A stretch of DNA of 62,818 nt, filler included, from Polymyxa betae A26-41 (taxonomy: Eukaryota; Protista; Endomyxa: Phytomyxea): NCBI GenBank assembly GCA_003693705.1. It is 7 parts of 7 records of this genome, joined end to end, with 100 filler letters (N's around TTAATTAATTAA, not from the genome) between each part and the next. Parts side by side here need not be neighbours in the genome. Positions count along the whole stretch, not along the records: positions 54,555 to 62,818 come from RBZT01000270.1; 6 more parts are not named here. One strand, 5' to 3'. Position numbers and translations under genes: made by a program. Shown piece after piece: positions 61,270 through 62,818 of this stretch (within the stretch, counting starts at the first letter, position 1; every line of letters starts with the position of its first letter). The notes under the pieces were generated by a model that saw only the letters and a list, made by a program, of their open reading frames with translations, was not told where the DNA came from and searched no databases.

Positions 61270-62420
61270 ATGGCTTTTACATTTGTCTTCGTGATACTCT
61301 TGCTGCAGCAGATCTCGGTATCATCTGCCACAGAACTGTCTGAGGATCTTTCTCAGCTGGAAATCTCTCTTCGTACTCTACTCTCATATCATGTATGAGA
61401 ATAGATCGTCTCTATAACAATGACTTCATATTGACGTTCTTCTTCTGTTCAGAATGTCACACCTGTAATGGATGATTCTGAACCCAATGATCATCAATAT
61501 CTGTTATCAGAGTCCAGTAATCCCATAGACACTGTTACAGCCGAATTCAGTTCATCTGTGGAAAGGTTCATTGTTAGTAACATTACATCCGTGTATGATC
61601 ATGACAAACTCAATATGATTCGTAGACTGTCGCCAACGAAACCAAAAAATTTCTTGACGATTTTCAAACTCAATTTGACGAAGGTAACATTACACATCAC
61701 GATCGAGTCTGCAGCTTTCTGATAGATGTTTCATCAGCCTTTTCATCCATTTCAGACGTTGCCTTGGAGGAAGTTAACCATCTTGTCACTTCTATGAACC
61801 TGAATCAATTACCACATGGTCCTAATCCTGCCCAACCAAGAATGTTTTCAATCAAACTGGGACTTCGCAGTTTCTACTTTCAGAAACGTGAAAATCAATA
61901 TCAGAATATGGTAGCAAAAGTGGAAGATCTGGGTCATTCTATCGTCTATTTGATTGGTAATCTGGTCAGTATCGAACCTGAATCCCCGACTATTGTGCTG
62001 GAGGTCATACAAAATCTGCTTCAATGGGCTCTGCGACTGGACAAAACCTTCCAGGACGTATTCAAGGATCAAGCGGTGTTAACGCGGATCCACATTCAGA
62101 AAACATTCAAATTGGCGATTGAGAAGATCGTGTCGGCAGAGCTTTGCCAGCCCTGGGGTCCTGCTCTCTCAGCTACATTACTTGAACCGACCTATATCAA
62201 AATGTTTTTGGATGACTGTGATAAAGATCTTCACTGTGGGATCTTTTTCAAACTGATGATGGTTTTGAAGAAAAAGTTTGTTGTGATCGTCGGTAATTTC
62301 GCGCACTTACTTTCTGTGTACCCGGACCGCTCGATGATTTGGAATTGGCAAGAAGCTAAATGTCGGTTGGATTTCAATTTTCTGTTTTCTGAGGGGATCT
62401 GGCTCTCTTTCTTATTGTGA
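61270..62420 (+). CDS. Secreted protein, tandem paralog B (candidate effector)
   Basis: Signal peptide MAFTFVFVILLLQQISVSSA, the same intron positions as paralog A and a homologous upstream region. Confidence 0.8.
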
Positions 62421-62818
62421 TGAGAAAGTGAATCGTGTTTTTTCAAGTAGACGGGAATCTTTTTTCTGTCGATTTAAAGCTGTTTGTTCCAGGTCGATCA
62501 AAACGTCACATGGCCTCGATTATGCGTAAGAAATGGTCCCTCTCGCACCCATTTTATGCTCGCAATTACGCCCAAAGCCGTTTCATTCATCAATAAACTA
62601 TATTCTGTTCGTCCGCTTCATTGACGCCTTTTTCTCACCGATTTTCGGACTCGGCAGCAAGGCAACTGGTCAGAAACCAATGCGAAACGAATACCACGAA
62701 TGCGAACTCTGCAGACGTTGAACAAAATGCGATGGTATTTGCCAATTTAACAAACTCCAAAGATACCATTCTATTAACGCGTAAATGTATTTTGAGAATT
62801 CGTTCTCAGATTCAGAAA

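Overview
Eukaryotic nuclear DNA made of seven unrelated contigs joined by artificial 100-nt linkers (N44-TTAATTAATTAA-N44), so adjacency across linkers has no biological meaning. Short (~40-60 nt) GT-AG introns, flagellar genes (DNAAF2/kintoun, a KIFAP3 fragment) and signal-peptide/ankyrin proteins point to a flagellated biotrophic protist, most plausibly a plasmodiophorid such as Spongospora or Polymyxa (inference only). Most contigs are gene-sparse and TE-rich (Ty1/copia, chromoviral Ty3/gypsy, hAT, PIF/Harbinger, Tc1/IS630) with scattered candidate secreted effectors. One block (35.9-48.6 kb) is dense with housekeeping genes. Highlights: (1) an intronless GC-rich signal peptide + F-box + ankyrin gene, a candidate host-SCF-hijacking effector, with a related F-box-less paralog; (2) copia-type ends whose primer-binding site matches the anticodon arm of tRNA-Lys(CTT), with LTRs ending in TA and, in one element, a CHHC gag knuckle; (3) a probably self-priming chromovirus whose gag-pol core is replaced by an antisense KIFAP3 fragment, within a nested TE stack; (4) a tandem pair of secreted-protein genes with near-identical introns but exons rich in nonsynonymous changes.
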